A stretch of DNA of 64,000 bases, from NCBI GenBank assembly GCA_030390025.1, contig CM059431.1, forward strand, positions 136,836,001-136,900,000, in the 5' to 3' direction. A model generated the notes under the pieces. It saw only the letters and a list, made by a program, of their open reading frames with translations, was not told the origin of the DNA and ran no database searches. Source of the DNA: Squalus acanthias (Eukaryota). The translations under genes and the position numbers were made by a program. Below, one piece after another: positions 51,375 through 64,000 of this stretch. The stretch's first letter is position 1; each line of letters opens with the position of its first letter.

Positions 51375-51808
51375 TAGAAACATAGAAACATAGAATCTAG
51401 AGCAGGAGTAGGCCATTCGACCCGTCGAGCCTGCTCCACCATTCAATACGATCATGGCTGATCATCCAAATCCAGTACCCTGTCCCTGCTTTAATCCCCA
51501 CAGTACACATATCCCACCCTACCCCCGTAACCCCACGTATTTAATTCCCCCTAACATATCCCATCCTATCCCCATAACCCCACATATTTAATCCCCCCCT
51601 AATACTAAGGGTCAATTTATCATAGCCAAATCAACCTAGCCCGCACATTTTTGGACTGTGGGAGGAAACCGGAGCACCCGGAGGAAACCTACGCAGACAC
51701 GGGGAGAATGTGCAAACTCCACACAGACAGTCACCCGAGGTCAGATTCGAACCTGGGTCCCTGGCGCTGTGAGACACCAGTGCTGACCACTATGCCACCG
51801 TGTTGCCC
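51375..51808 (-). mobile_element. tRNA-derived V-SINE (HE1-type), second copy, inverted
   Basis: Reverse complement of 33615-34056 with about a dozen differences by manual count, sharing the same internal duplicated G-rich segment. Confidence 0.95.
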
Positions 51809-54800
51809 TGGCAGAGTGTGGGAACCCGTGGGACTGGGAACTGCCAGAGTGTGGAAACCCGTGGGACTGGGAACTGGTTGAGAGTGGGAAACCGTGGGAC
51901 AGGGATCTGCCAGAGTGTGTAAAACCGTAGCACTGGGATCGGGCAGAGTGCGGAAACTCGTGAGACTGGAAACTGGCTGAGTGCGGGAACGCGTAGGACT
52001 GGGATCTGGCAGAGTGCGGAAACCCGTGAGACTGGGATCTGGCAGAGTGCGGCAACGCGTAGGACTGGGATCTGGCAGAGTGCGACAACCTGTGAGACTG
52101 GGAACTGTCAGAGAGCGGGAACCTGTGGGACTGGGATCTGGCAGATTGTGGGAAACTGTGGGACTGGGATCTGGCAGAGTGTGGGAATCCTTGAGACTGG
52201 GATCTGGCAGAGTGCGGAAACCCGTGGGACTGGGAACTGGCAGAGTGCAGGAATCCGTTGGACTGGGAAGTTCCAGAGTTTGGGAAATCGTGGGACAGGG
52301 AACTGGCAGAGTGGGGGAACCCGTGGGACTGGGAACTGGCAGATGCGGGTACACGCGGGACTGGAAAATGGCAGAGTGTGGGAACCTGTGGGACTGGGAA
52401 CTGGCAGAGTGTGGAAACCCGTGGTTCTGGGATCTGGCAGAGTGTGGGAACCCGTGGGACTGGGAACTGGCAGAGTGTGGAAACCCGTGGGACTGGGAAC
52501 TGGTTGAGTGTGGGAAACCGTGGGACAGGGATCTGCCAGAGTGTGGAAAACCGTAGGACTGGGATCGGGCAGAGTGCGGAAACTCGTGAGACTGGAAACT
52601 GGCTGAGTGCGGCAACCTGTGAGACTGGGAACTGTCAGTGTGTGGGAACCCGTGGGACTGGAAACTGGCAGAGTGCGGGAACCCGTGAGACTGGGAACTG
52701 TCAGTGTGTGGGAACCCGTGGGAGTGGGAACTGGCAGAGTGTGGGAACCCGTGGGACTGGGAACTGGCAGAGTGGGGGAATCCGTGGGACTGGGAACTGG
52801 CAGAATGCTGGAACCCGTGACACTGGGATCTGACAGAGTGCGGGAACCCGTGGGACTGGAAACTGGCAGAGTGCGGGAACCCGTGGGAATGGAATCTGTC
52901 AGAGAGTGGGAACCCGTGAGACTCGGATCTGGCAGAGAGTGGGAACCCGTGAGACTGGGAACTGGTTGAGAGTGGGAAACCGTGGGACAGGGATCTGCTA
53001 GAGTGTGTAAAACCGTAGGACTGGGATCGGGCAGAGTGCGGAAACTCGTGAGACTGGAAACTGGCTGAGTGCGGGAACGTGTTGGACTGGGATCTGGCAG
53101 AGTGCGGAAACCCGTGAGACTGGGATCTGGCAGAGTGCGGCAACGCGTAGGACTGGGATCTGGCAGAGTGCGACAACTTGTGAGACTGGGAACTGTCAGA
53201 GAGCGGGAACCTGTGGGACTGGGATCTGGCAGATTGTGGGAAACTGTGGGACTGGGATCTGGCAGAGTGTGGGAACCCTTGAGACTGGGATCTGGCAGAG
53301 TGCGGAAACCCGTGGGACTGTGAACTGGCAGAGTGCAGGAATCCGTTGGACTGGGAAGTTCCAGAGTTTGGGAAACCGTGGGACAGGGAACTGGCAGAGT
53401 GGGGGAACCCGTGGGACTGGGAACTGGCAGATGCGGGTACACTCGGGACTGGAAAATGGCAGAGTGTGCGAACCTGTGGGACTGGGAACTGGCAGAGTGT
53501 GGAAACCCGTGGTTCTGGGATCTGGCAGAGTGTGGGAACCCGTGGGACTGGGAACTGGCAGAGTGTGGAAACCCGTGGGACTGGGTACTGGTTGAGTGTG
53601 GGAAACCGTGGGACAGGGATCTGCCAGAGTGTGGAAAACCATAGGACTGGGATCGGGCAGAGTGAGGAAACTCGTGAGACTGGAATCTGGCTGAGTGTGT
53701 GAACCTGTGAGACTGGGATCTGGCAGAGTGCGGGAAAGCGAAGGACTGGGATCTGGCAGAGTGCGGAAACTCGTGAGACTGGAGTCTGGCTGAGTGCGGC
53801 AACCTGTGAGACTGGGAACTGTCAGTGTGTGGGAACCCGTGGGACTGGAAACTGGCAGAGTGCGGGAACCCGTGAGACTGGGAACTGTCAGTGTGTGGGA
53901 ACCCGTGGGACTGGGAACTGGCAGAGTGTGGGAACCCGTGGGACTGGGAACTGGCAGAGTGGGGGAATCCGTGGGACTGGGAACTGGCAGAATGCTGGAA
54001 CCCGTGACATTGGGATCTGACAGAGTGCGGGAACCCGTGGGACTGGAAACAGGCAGAGTGCGGGAACCTGTGGGACTGGAAACTGGCAGAGAGTGGGAAC
54101 CCGTGAGACTGGGATCTGGCAGAGAGTGGGAACCCGTGAGACTGGGATCTGGCAGAGTGCGGGAACCCGTGGGACTGGAAACTGGCAGAGAGTGGGAACC
54201 CGTGAGACTGGGATCTGGCAGAGTGCGGGAACCCGTGGGACTGGGATCAGACAGATTGTGGGAACCCATGAGACAGGGATTTGACAGAGTGCGGGAACCC
54301 ATGGGACTGGGATCTGACAGAGTGTGGGTACACGTGGTACTGGGAACTGGCAGGGTGCGGGAATCCGTGGACCGGGATCTGACAGAGAGTGGGTAAACGT
54401 GGGACTGGGATCTGTCAGAGAGTGGGAACCCGTGAGACTCGGATCTGGCAGAGAGTGGGAACCCGTGAGACTGGGAACTGGTTGAGAGTGGGAAACCGTG
54501 GGACAGGGATCTGCCAGAGTGTGTAAAACCGTAGGACTGGGATCGGGCAGAGTGCGGAAACTCGTGAGACTGGAAACTGGCTGAGTGCGGGAACGTGTAG
54601 GACTGGGATCTGGCAGAGTGCGGAAACCCGTGAGACTGGGATCTGGCAGAGTGCGGCAACGCGTAGGACTGGGATCTGGCAGAGTGCGACAACCTGTGAG
54701 ACTGGGAACTGTCAGAGAGCGGGAACCTGTGGGACTGGGATCTGGCAGATTGTGGGAAACTGTGGGACTGGGATCTGGCAGAATGTGGGAACCCTTGAGA

Positions 54801-57800
54801 CTGGGATCTGGCAGAGTGCGGAAACCCGTGGGACTGGGAACTGGCAGAGTGCAGGAATCCGTTGGACTGGGAAGTTCCAGAGTTTGGGAAACCGTGGGAC
54901 AGGGAACTGGCAGAGTGCGGGAACCCGTGGGACTGGAATCTGACAGATTGTGGGAAACCTTGAGACTGGAATCTGTCAGAATGCGTGTACCAGTGGGACT
55001 GGGAACTGGCAGAGTGTGGGAACCCGTGGGACTCTGATCTGGCAGAGTTTCGGAAACCGTTGGATTCTGATCTGGCAGAGTGTGGGAACCCGTGGGAGTG
55101 GGAACTGGCAGAGTGTGGGAACCCGTGGGACTGGGATCTGGCAGAGTGTGGGTACACGTGGTACTGGGAACTGGCAGGGTGCGGAAATCCGTGGACCGGG
55201 ATCTGACAGAGTGTGGGTACACGTGGGACTGGGATCTGGCAGAGTGCGGGAACCCGTTGGACTGGAATCTGACAGATTGTGGGAAACCTTGAGACTGGAA
55301 TCTGTCAGAATGCGTGTACCAGTGGGACTGGGAACTGGCAGAGTGTGGGAACCCGTGGGACTCTGATCTGGCAGAGTTTCGGAAACTGTTGGATTCTGAT
55401 CTGGCAGAGTGTGGGAACCCGTGGGAGTGGGAACTGGCAGAGTGTGGGAACCCGTGGGATTGGGATCTGGCAGAGTGTGGGTACACGTGGTACTGGGAAC
55501 TGGCAGGGTGCGGAAATCCGTGGACCGGGATCTGGCAGAGTGTGGGAACCCTTGAGACTGGGATCTGGCAGAGTGCGGAAACCCGTGGGACTGGGAACTG
55601 GCAGAGTGCAGGAATCCGTTGGACTGGGAAGTTCCAGAGTTTGGGAAACCGTGGGACAGGGAACTGGCAGAGTGGGGGAACCCGTGGGACTGGGAACTGG
55701 CAGATGCGGGTACACTCGGGACTGGAAAATGGCAGAGTGTGGGAACCTGCGGGACTGGGAACTGGCAGAGTGTGGAAACCCGTGGTTCTGGGATCTGGCA
55801 GAGTGTGGGAACCCGTGGGACTGGGAACTGGCAGAGTGTGGAAACCCGTGGGACTGGGAACTGGTTGAGTGTGGGAAACCGTGGGACAGGGATCGGGCAG
55901 AGTGCGGAAACTCGTGAGACTGGAATCTGGCTGAGTGTGTGAACCCGTGAGACTGGGATCTGGCAGAGTGCGGGAACGCGAAGGACTGGGATCTGGCAGA
56001 GTGCGGAAACTCGTGAGACTGGAATCTGGCTGAGTGCGGTAAACTGTAAGACTGGGAACTGTCAGTGTGTGGGAACCCGTGGGACTGGAAACTGGCAGAG
56101 TGCGGGAACCCGTGAGACTGGGAACTGTCAGTGTGTGGGAACCCGTGGGATTGGGAACTGGCAGAGTGTGGGAACCCGTGGGACTGGTAACTGGCAGAGT
56201 GGGGGAATCCGTGGGACTGGGAACTGGCAGAATGCTGGAACCCGTGACATTGGGATCTGGCAGAGAGTGGGAACCCGTGAGACTGGGATCTGGCAGAGTG
56301 CGGGAACCCGTAGGACTGGAAACTGGCAGAGAGTGGGAACCCGTGAGACTGGGATCTGGCAGAGTGCGGGAAACCGTGGGACTGGGATCAGACAGATTGT
56401 GGGAACCCATGAGACAGGGATTTGACAGAGTGCGGGAACCCGTGGGACTGGGATCTGACAGAGTGTGGGTACACGTGGTACTGGGAACTGGCAGGGTGCG
56501 GGAATCCGTGGACCGGGATCTGACAGAGTGTGGGTACACGTGGCACTGGGATCTGGCAGAGTGCGGGAACCTGTGGGACTGGAATCTGACAGATTGTGGG
56601 AAACCTTGAGACTGGAATCTGTCAGAATGCGTGTACCAGTGGGACTGGGAACTGGCAGAGTGTGGGAACCCGTGGGACTCTGATCTGGCAGAGTTTGGGA
56701 AACCGTGGGATTCTGATCTGGCAGAGTGTGGGAACCCGTGGGAGTGGAACTGGCAGAGTGTGGGAACCCGTGGGACTGGGACCTGGCAGAGTGTGGTAAC
56801 CCGTTGGACTGGGAACTGGCTGACTGCGGAAACCCGTGAGACTGGAATCTGGCAGAGTGTGGGAACCCGTGGGATTGGGATCTGGTTGAGTGCGGGGACC
56901 CGTGGGACTGTGAACTGGCAGAGTGCAGGGAATCCGTTGGACTGGGAAGTGCCAGAGTTTGGGAACCCGTGGGACAGGGAACTGGCAGAGTTGGGGAACC
57001 CGTGGACTGGGAACTGGCAGAGTGCGGAAACCCGTGAGACTGGGATCTGGCAGAGTGCGGGTACACGTGGGACTGGAAAATGGCAGAGTGTGGGAACCCG
57101 TGGGACTGGGAACTGGCAGAGTGTGGAAACCCGTGGGACTGGGTACTGGTTGAGTGTGGGAAACCGTGGGACAGGGATCTGCCAGAGTGTGGAAAACAAT
57201 AGGACTGGGATCGGGCAGAGTGAGGAAACTCGTGAGACTGGAATCTGGCTGAGTGTGTGAACCTGTGAGACTGGGATCTGGCAGAGTGCGGGAAACCGTG
57301 GGATTCTGATCTGGCAGAGTGTGGGAACCCGTGGGAGTGGAAACTGGCAGAGTGTGGGAACCCGTGGGACTGGGCTCTGGCAGAGTGTGGTAACCCGTTG
57401 GACTGGGAACTGGCTGACTGCGGAAACCCGTGAGACTGGAATCTGGCAGAGTGTGGGAACCCGTGGGATTGGGAACTGTCAGTGTGTGGGAACCCGTGGG
57501 ACTGGGAACTGGCAGAGTGTGGGAACCCGTGGGACTGGGAACTGGCAGAGTGGGGGAATCCGTGGGACTGGGAACTGGCAGAATGCTGGAACCCGTGACA
57601 TTGGGATCTGACAGAGTGCGGGAACCCGTGGGACTGGAAACAGGCAGAGTGCGGGAACCTGTGGGACAGGAATCTGTCAGAGAGTGGGAACCCGTGAGAC
57701 TCGGATCTGGCAGAGAGTGGGAACCCGTGAGACTGGGATCTGGCAGAGTGCGGGAACCCGTGGGACTGGAAACTGGCAGAGAGTGGGAACCCGTGAGACT

Positions 57801-60800
57801 GGGATCTGGCAGAGTGCGGGAACCCGTGGGACTGGGATGAGACAGATTGTGGGAACCCATGAGACAGGGATTTGACAGAGTGCGGGAACCCATGGGACTG
57901 GGATCTGACAGAGTGTGGGTACACGTGGTACTGGGAACTGGCAGGGTGCGGGAATCCGTGGACCGGGATCTGACAGAGAGTGGGTAAACGTGGGACTGGG
58001 ATCTGTCAGAGAGTGGGAACCCGTGAGACTCGGATCTGGCAGAGAGTGGGAACCCGTGAGACTGGGAACTGGTTGAGAGTGGGAAACCGTGGGACAGGGA
58101 TCTGCCAGAGTGTGTAAAACCGTAGGACTGGGATCGGGCAGAGTGCGGAAACTCGTGAGACTGGAAACTGGCTGAGTGCGGGAACGTGTAGGACTGGGAT
58201 CTGGCAGAGTGCGGAAACCCGTGAGACTGGGATCTGGCAGAGTGCGGCAACGCGTAGGACTGGGATCTGGCAGAGTGCGACAACCTGTGAGACTGGGAAC
58301 TGTCAGAGAGCGGGAACCTGTGGGACTGGAATCTGGCAGATTGTGGGAAACTGTGGGACTGGGATCTGGCAGAATGTGGGAACCCTTGAGACTGGGATCT
58401 GGCAGAGTGCGGAAACCCGTGGGACTGGGAACTGGCAGAGTGCAGGAATCCGTTGGACTGGGAAGTTCCAGAGTTTGGGAAACCGTGGGACAGGGAACTG
58501 GCAGAGTGCGGGAACCCGTGGGACTGGAATCTGACAGATTGTGGGAAACCTTGAGACTGGAATCTGTCAGAATGCGTGTACCAGTGGGACTGGGAACTGG
58601 CAGAGTGTGGGAACCCGTGGGACTCTGATCTGGCAGAGTGTGGGAACCCGTGGGATTGGGATCTGGTTGAGTGCGGGGACCCGTGGGACTGTGAACTGGC
58701 AGAATGCAGGGATCCGTTGGACTGGGAAGTGCCAGAGTTTGGGAACCCGTGGGACAGGGAACTGGCAGAGTTGGGGAACCCGTGGGACTGGGAACTGGCA
58801 GAGTGCGGAAACCCGTGAGACTGGGATCTGGCAGAGTGCGGGTACACGTGGGACTGGAAAATGGCAGAGTGTGGGAACCCGTGGGACTGGGAACTGGCAG
58901 AGTGTGGAAAACCGTGGGACTGGGTACTGGTTGAGTGTGGGAAACTGTGGGACAGGGATCAGCCAGAGTGTGGAAAACAATAGGACTGGGATCGGGCAGA
59001 GTGAGGAAACTCGTGAGACTGGAATCTGGCTGAGTGTGTGAACCTGTGAGACTCTGATCTGGCAGAGTTTGGGAAACCGTGGGATTCTGATCTGGCAGAG
59101 TGTGGGAACCCGTGGGAGTGGGAACTGGCAGAGTGTGGGAACCCGTGGGACTGGGATCTGGCAGAGTGTGGTAACCCGTTGGACTGGGAACTGGCTGACT
59201 GCGGAAACCCGTGAGACTGGGATCTGGCAGAGTGTGGGAACCCGTGGGATTGGGATCTGGTAGAGTGCGGGGACCCGTGGGACTGTGAACTGGCAGAGTG
59301 CAGGAATCCGTTGGACTGGGAAGTGCCAGAGTTTGGGAACCCGTGGGACAGGGAACTGGCAGAGTTGGGGAACCCGTGGAACTGGGAACTGGCAGAGTGC
59401 GGAAACCCGTGAGACTGGGATCTGGCAGAGTGCGGGTACACGTGGGACTGGAAAATGGCAGAGTGTGGGAACCCGTGGGACTGGGAACTGGCAGAGTGCG
59501 GAAACCCGTGAGACTGGGATCTGGCAGAGTGCTGGAAACCCGTGGGACTGGGATCTGCAGAGTGTGGAAAACCATAGGACTGGGATCGGGCAGAGTGAGG
59601 AAACTCGTGAGACTGGAATCTGGCTGAGTGTGTGAACCTTTGAGACTGGGATCTGGCAGAGTGCGGGTACACGTGGGACTGGAAAATGGCAGAGTGTGGG
59701 AACCCGTGGGACTGGGAACTGGCAGAGTGTGGAAACCCGTGGGACTGGGTACTGGTTGAGTGTGGGAAACCGTGGGACGGGGATCTGCCAGAGTGTGGAA
59801 AACCATAGGACTGGGATCGGGCAGAGTGAGGAAACTCGTGAGACTGGAATCTGGCTGAGTGTGTGAACCCGTGGGACTGGGAACTGGCAGAGTGCGGAAA
59901 CCCGTGAGACTGGGATCTGGCAGAGTGCGGGTACACGTGGGACTGGAAAATGGCAGAGTGTGGGAACCCGTGGGACTGGAACTGGCAGAGTGTGGAAACC
60001 CGTGGGACTGGGTACTGGTTGAGTGTGGGAAACCGTGGGACAGGGATCTGCCAGAGTGTGGAAAACCATAGGACTGGGATCGGGCAGAGTGAGGAAACTC
60101 GTGAGACTGGAATCTGGCTGAGTGTGTGAACCTTGAGACTGGGATCTGGCAGAGTGCGGGAAACCGTGGGATTCTGATCTGGCAGAGTGTGGGAACCCGT
60201 GGGAGTGAAACTGGCAGAGTGTGGGAACCCGTGGGACTGGGATCTGGCAGAGTGTGGGTAACCCGTTGGACTGGGACTGGCTGACTGCGGAAACCCGTGA
60301 GACTGGAATCTGGCAGAGTGTGGGAACCCGTGGGATTGGGAACTGTCAGTGTGTGGGAACCCGTGGGACTGGGAACTGGCAGAGTGTGGAAACACGTGGG
60401 ACTGGGTACTGGTTGAGTGTGGGAAACCGTGGGACAGGGATCTGCCAGAGTGTGGAAAACCATAGGACTGGGATCGGGCAGAGTGAGGAAACTCGTGAGA
60501 CTGGAATCTGGCTGAGTGTGTGAACCTTTGAGACTGGGATCTGGCAGAGTGCGGGTACACGTGGGACTGGAAAATGGCAGAGTGTGGGAACCCGTGGGAC
60601 TGGGAACTGGCAGAGTGTGGAAACCCGTGGGACTGGGTACTGGTTGAGTGTGGGAAACCGTGGGACGGGGATCTGCCAGAGTGTGGAAAACCATAGGACT
60701 GGGATCGGGCAGAGTGAGGAAACTCGTGAGACTGGAATCTGGCTGAGTGTGTGAACCCGTGGGACTGGGAACTGGCAGAGTGCGGAAACCCGTGAGACTG

Positions 60801-63800
60801 GGATCTGGCAGAGTGCGGGTACACGTGGGACTGGAAAATGGCAGAGTGTGGGAACCCGTGGGACTGGGAACTGGCAGAGTGTGGAAACCCGTGGGACTGG
60901 GTACTGGTTGAGTGTGGGAAACCGTGGGACAGGGATCTGCCAGAGTGTGGAAAACCATAGGACTGGGATCGGGCAGAGTGAGGAAACTCGTGAGACTGGA
61001 ATCTGGCTGAGTGTGTGAACCTGTGAGACTGGGATCTGGCAGAGTGCGGGAAACCGTGGGATTCTGATCTGGCAGAGTGTGGGAACCCGTGGGAGTGGAA
61101 ACTGGCAGAGTGTGGGAACCCGTGGGACTGGGATCTGGCAGAGTGTGGTAACCCGTTGGACTGGGAACTGGCTGACTGCGGAAACCCGTGAGACTGGAAT
61201 CTGGCAGAGTGTGGGAACCCGTGGGATTGGGATCTGGTTGAGTGCGGGGACCCGTGGGACTGTGAACTGGCAGAATGCAGGGATCCGTTGGACTGGGAAG
61301 TGCCAGAGTTTGGGAACCCGTGGGACAGGGAACTGGCAGAGTTGGGGAACCCGTGGGACTGGGAACTGGCAGAGTGCGGAAACCCGTGAGACTGGGATCT
61401 GGCAGAGTGCGGGTACACGTGGGACTGGAAAATGGCAGAGTGTGGGAACCCGTGGGACTGGGAACTGGCAGAGTGTGGAAACCCGTGGGACTGGGTACTG
61501 GTTGAGTGCGGGAAACCGTGGGACAGGGATCTGCCAGAGTGTGGAAAACCATAGGACTGGGATCGGGCAGAGTGAGGAAACTCGTGAGACTGGAATCTGG
61601 CTGAGTGTGTGAACCTGCGAGACTGGGATCTGGCAGAGTGCGGGAAAGCGAAGGACTGGGATCTGGCAGAGTGCGGAAACTCGTGAGACTGGAGTCTGGT
61701 TGAGTGCGGCAACCTGTGAGACTGGGAACTGTCAGTGTGTGGGAACCCGTGGGACTGGAAACTGGCAGAGTGCGGGAACCCGTGAGACTGGGAACTGTCA
61801 GTGTGTGGGAACCCGTGGGACTGGGAACTGGCAGAGTGTGGGAACCCGTGGGACTGGGAACTGGCTGACTGCGGAAACCCGTGAGACTGGAATCTGGCAG
61901 AGTGTGGGAACCCGTGGGATTGGGATCTGGTTGAGTGCGGGGACCCGTGGGACTGTGAACTGGCAGAATGCAGGGATCCGTTGGACTGGGAAGTGCCAGA
62001 GTTTGGGAACCCGTGGGACAGGGAACTGGCAGAGTTGGGGAACCCGTGGAACTGGGAACTGGCAGAGTGCGGAAACCCGTGAGACTGGGATCTGGCAGAG
62101 TGCGGGTACACGTGGGACTGGAAAATGGCAGAGTGTGGGAACCCGTGGGACTGGGAACTGGCAGAGTGCGGAAACCCGTGAGACTGGGATCTGGCAGAGT
62201 GCGGAAACCCTTTGGACTGGACACTGGCAGAGTGCTGGAACCCGTGGGACTGGGATCTGGCAGAGAGTGGGAACCCGTGAGACTGGGATCTGGCAGAGTG
62301 CGGGAACCCGTGGGACTGGGATCAGTCAGATTGTGGGAACCCCTGAGACTGGGATCTGGCAGAGTGTGGGAACCCGTGAGACTGGGATCTGGCTGAGAGT
62401 GGGAACCCGTGGGACTGCGATCTGACAGAGTGTGGGTACACGTGGGACTGGGATCTGACAGAGTGTGGGAACCCGTGGGACTGGAAACTGGCAGAGTGCG
62501 GGAACCCGTGGGACTGGAATCTGTCAGAGAGTGGGAACCCGTGAGACTCGGATCTGGCAGAGAGTGGGAACCCGTGAGACTGGGATCTGGCAGAGTGCGG
62601 GAGCCCGTGGGAATGGGATCAGACAGATTGTGGGAACCCATGAGACAGAGATTTGACAGAGTGCAGAAACCGTGGGACTGGGATCTGACAGAGTGTGGGT
62701 ACACGTGGGACTGGGAACTGGCAGGGTTCGGGAAACCGTGGACCGGGATCTGACAGAGTGTGGGTACACGTGGGACTGGGATCTGGCAGAGTTCGGAAAC
62801 CCGTGGGACTGGAATCTGACAGATTGTGGGAAACATTGAGACTGGAATCTGTCAGAATGCGTGTACCAGTGGGACTGGGAACTGGCAGAGTGTGGGAACC
62901 CGTGGGACTCTGATCTGGCAGAGTTTGGGAAACCGTGGGATTCTGATCTGGCAGAGTGTGGGAACCCGTGGGAGTGGGAACTGGCAGAGTGTGGGAACCC
63001 GTGGGACTGGGATCTGGCAGAGTGTGGTAACCCGTTGGACTGGGAACTGGCTGACTGCGGAAACCCGTGAGACTGGGATCTGGCAGAGTGTGGGAACCCA
63101 TGGGATTGGGATCTGTTAGAGTGCGGGGACCCGTGGGACTGTGAACTGGCAGAGTGCAGGAATCCGTTGGACTGGGAAGTGCCAGAGTTTGGGAACCCGT
63201 GGGACAGGGAACTGGCAGAGTTGGGGAACCCGTGGAACTGGGAACTGGCAGAGTGCGGAAACCCGTGAGATTGGGATCAGTCAGATTGTGGGAACCCCTG
63301 ACACTGGGATCTTGCAGAGTGTGGGAACCCGTGAGACTGGGAACTGGCAGAGTGTGAGAACCCGTGGGACTCTGATCTGGCAGAGTTTGGGAAACCGTGG
63401 GATTCTGATCTGGCAGAGTGTGGGAACCCGTGGGAGTGGGAATTGGCAGAGTGTGGGAACCCGTGCGACTGGGATCTGGCAGAGTGTGGTAACCCGTTGG
63501 ACTGGGAACTGGCTGACTGCGGAAACCCGTGAGACTGGGATCTGGCAGAGTGTGGGAACCCGTGGGAGTGGGAACTGGCAGAGTGCGGAAACCCGTGAGA
63601 CTGGGATCTGGCAGAGTGCGGAAACCCTTTGGACTGGACACTGGCAGAGTGCTGGAACCCGTGGGACTGGGATCTGGCAGAGAGTGGGAACCCGTGAGAC
63701 TGGGATCTGGCAGAGTGCGGGAACCCGTGGGACTGGGATCAGTCAGATTGTGGGAACCCCTGAGACTGGGATCTGGCAGAGTGTGGGAACCCGTGAGACT

Positions 63801-64000
63801 GGGATCTGGCTGAGAGTGGGAACCCGTGGGACTGCGATCTGACAGAGTGTGGGTACACGTGGGACTGGGATCTGACAGAGTGTGGGAACCCGTGGGACTT
63901 GAAACTGGCAGAGTGCAGGAACCCGTGGGACTGGAATCTGTCAGAGAGTGGGAACCCGTGAGTCTCGGATTTGGCAGAGAGTGGGAACCCGTGAGACTGG

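Larger units (their letters stand above)
27754..64000. repeat. 33-bp tandem satellite array (>36 kb, roughly 1,000+ monomers, continues past the window end)
   Basis: Consensus GGGAACCCGTG(G/A)GACTGGGA(A/T)CTGGCAGAGTG(T/C), head-to-tail in one orientation throughout. All ORFs over it show an 11-aa periodicity. Confidence 0.99.

Noticed and set aside
27632..63842. Very long Pro/Ser/Thr-rich (mucin-like) and other 11-aa-repeat ORFs, up to 1719 aa
   Set aside because: The 33-bp consensus is stop-free in all six frames. ORFs switch between the three minus-strand repeat peptides at 32-bp monomers, stops do occur in the PTS frame (e.g. GGATCAGAC and GACTAC variants), SINEs interrupt the array, and no signal peptide or flanking mucin domain is visible. 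RNA-seq or proteomics could overturn this.
27754..64000. CRISPR array or zinc-finger array
   Set aside because: Monomers are contiguous with no unique spacers, there are no cas genes and the context is eukaryotic. The period is 33 bp rather than 84 bp and there is no C2H2 pattern.

Overview
Eukaryotic, repeat-rich window, most likely from a cartilaginous fish. This is inferred from HE1/V-SINE-type SINEs, CR1/HER1-type LINEs and a two-exon GPR139-like receptor. From left to right: (1) 1-7982 is the 3' part of a decayed endogenous retrovirus with a class I (gamma/epsilon-type) integrase, an env carrying CWIC/ISD/CX6CC motifs, a PPT and a 3' LTR. Upstream of the integrase sit RT and env fragments that look like a different, spuma/lokiretrovirus-like lineage. 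(2) 8-18.9 kb is a stack of nested transposons: an old CR1, then a Harbinger element (Myb/SANT gene plus convergent HARBI1-type transposase) whose first intron holds a younger CR1, itself split by a MITE. (3) 19562-20996 is an intact two-exon class A GPCR, the only convincing host gene. (4) 21-27.7 kb is non-coding DNA with TE debris. (5) 27754 to the window end is a >36 kb G-rich 33-bp satellite with kb-scale higher-order repeats and two near-identical SINEs inserted in opposite orientations without obvious target-site duplications. The many ORFs over the satellite are by-products of a 33-bp (11-codon) monomer. All calls come from reading the sequence by eye; no searches were run.
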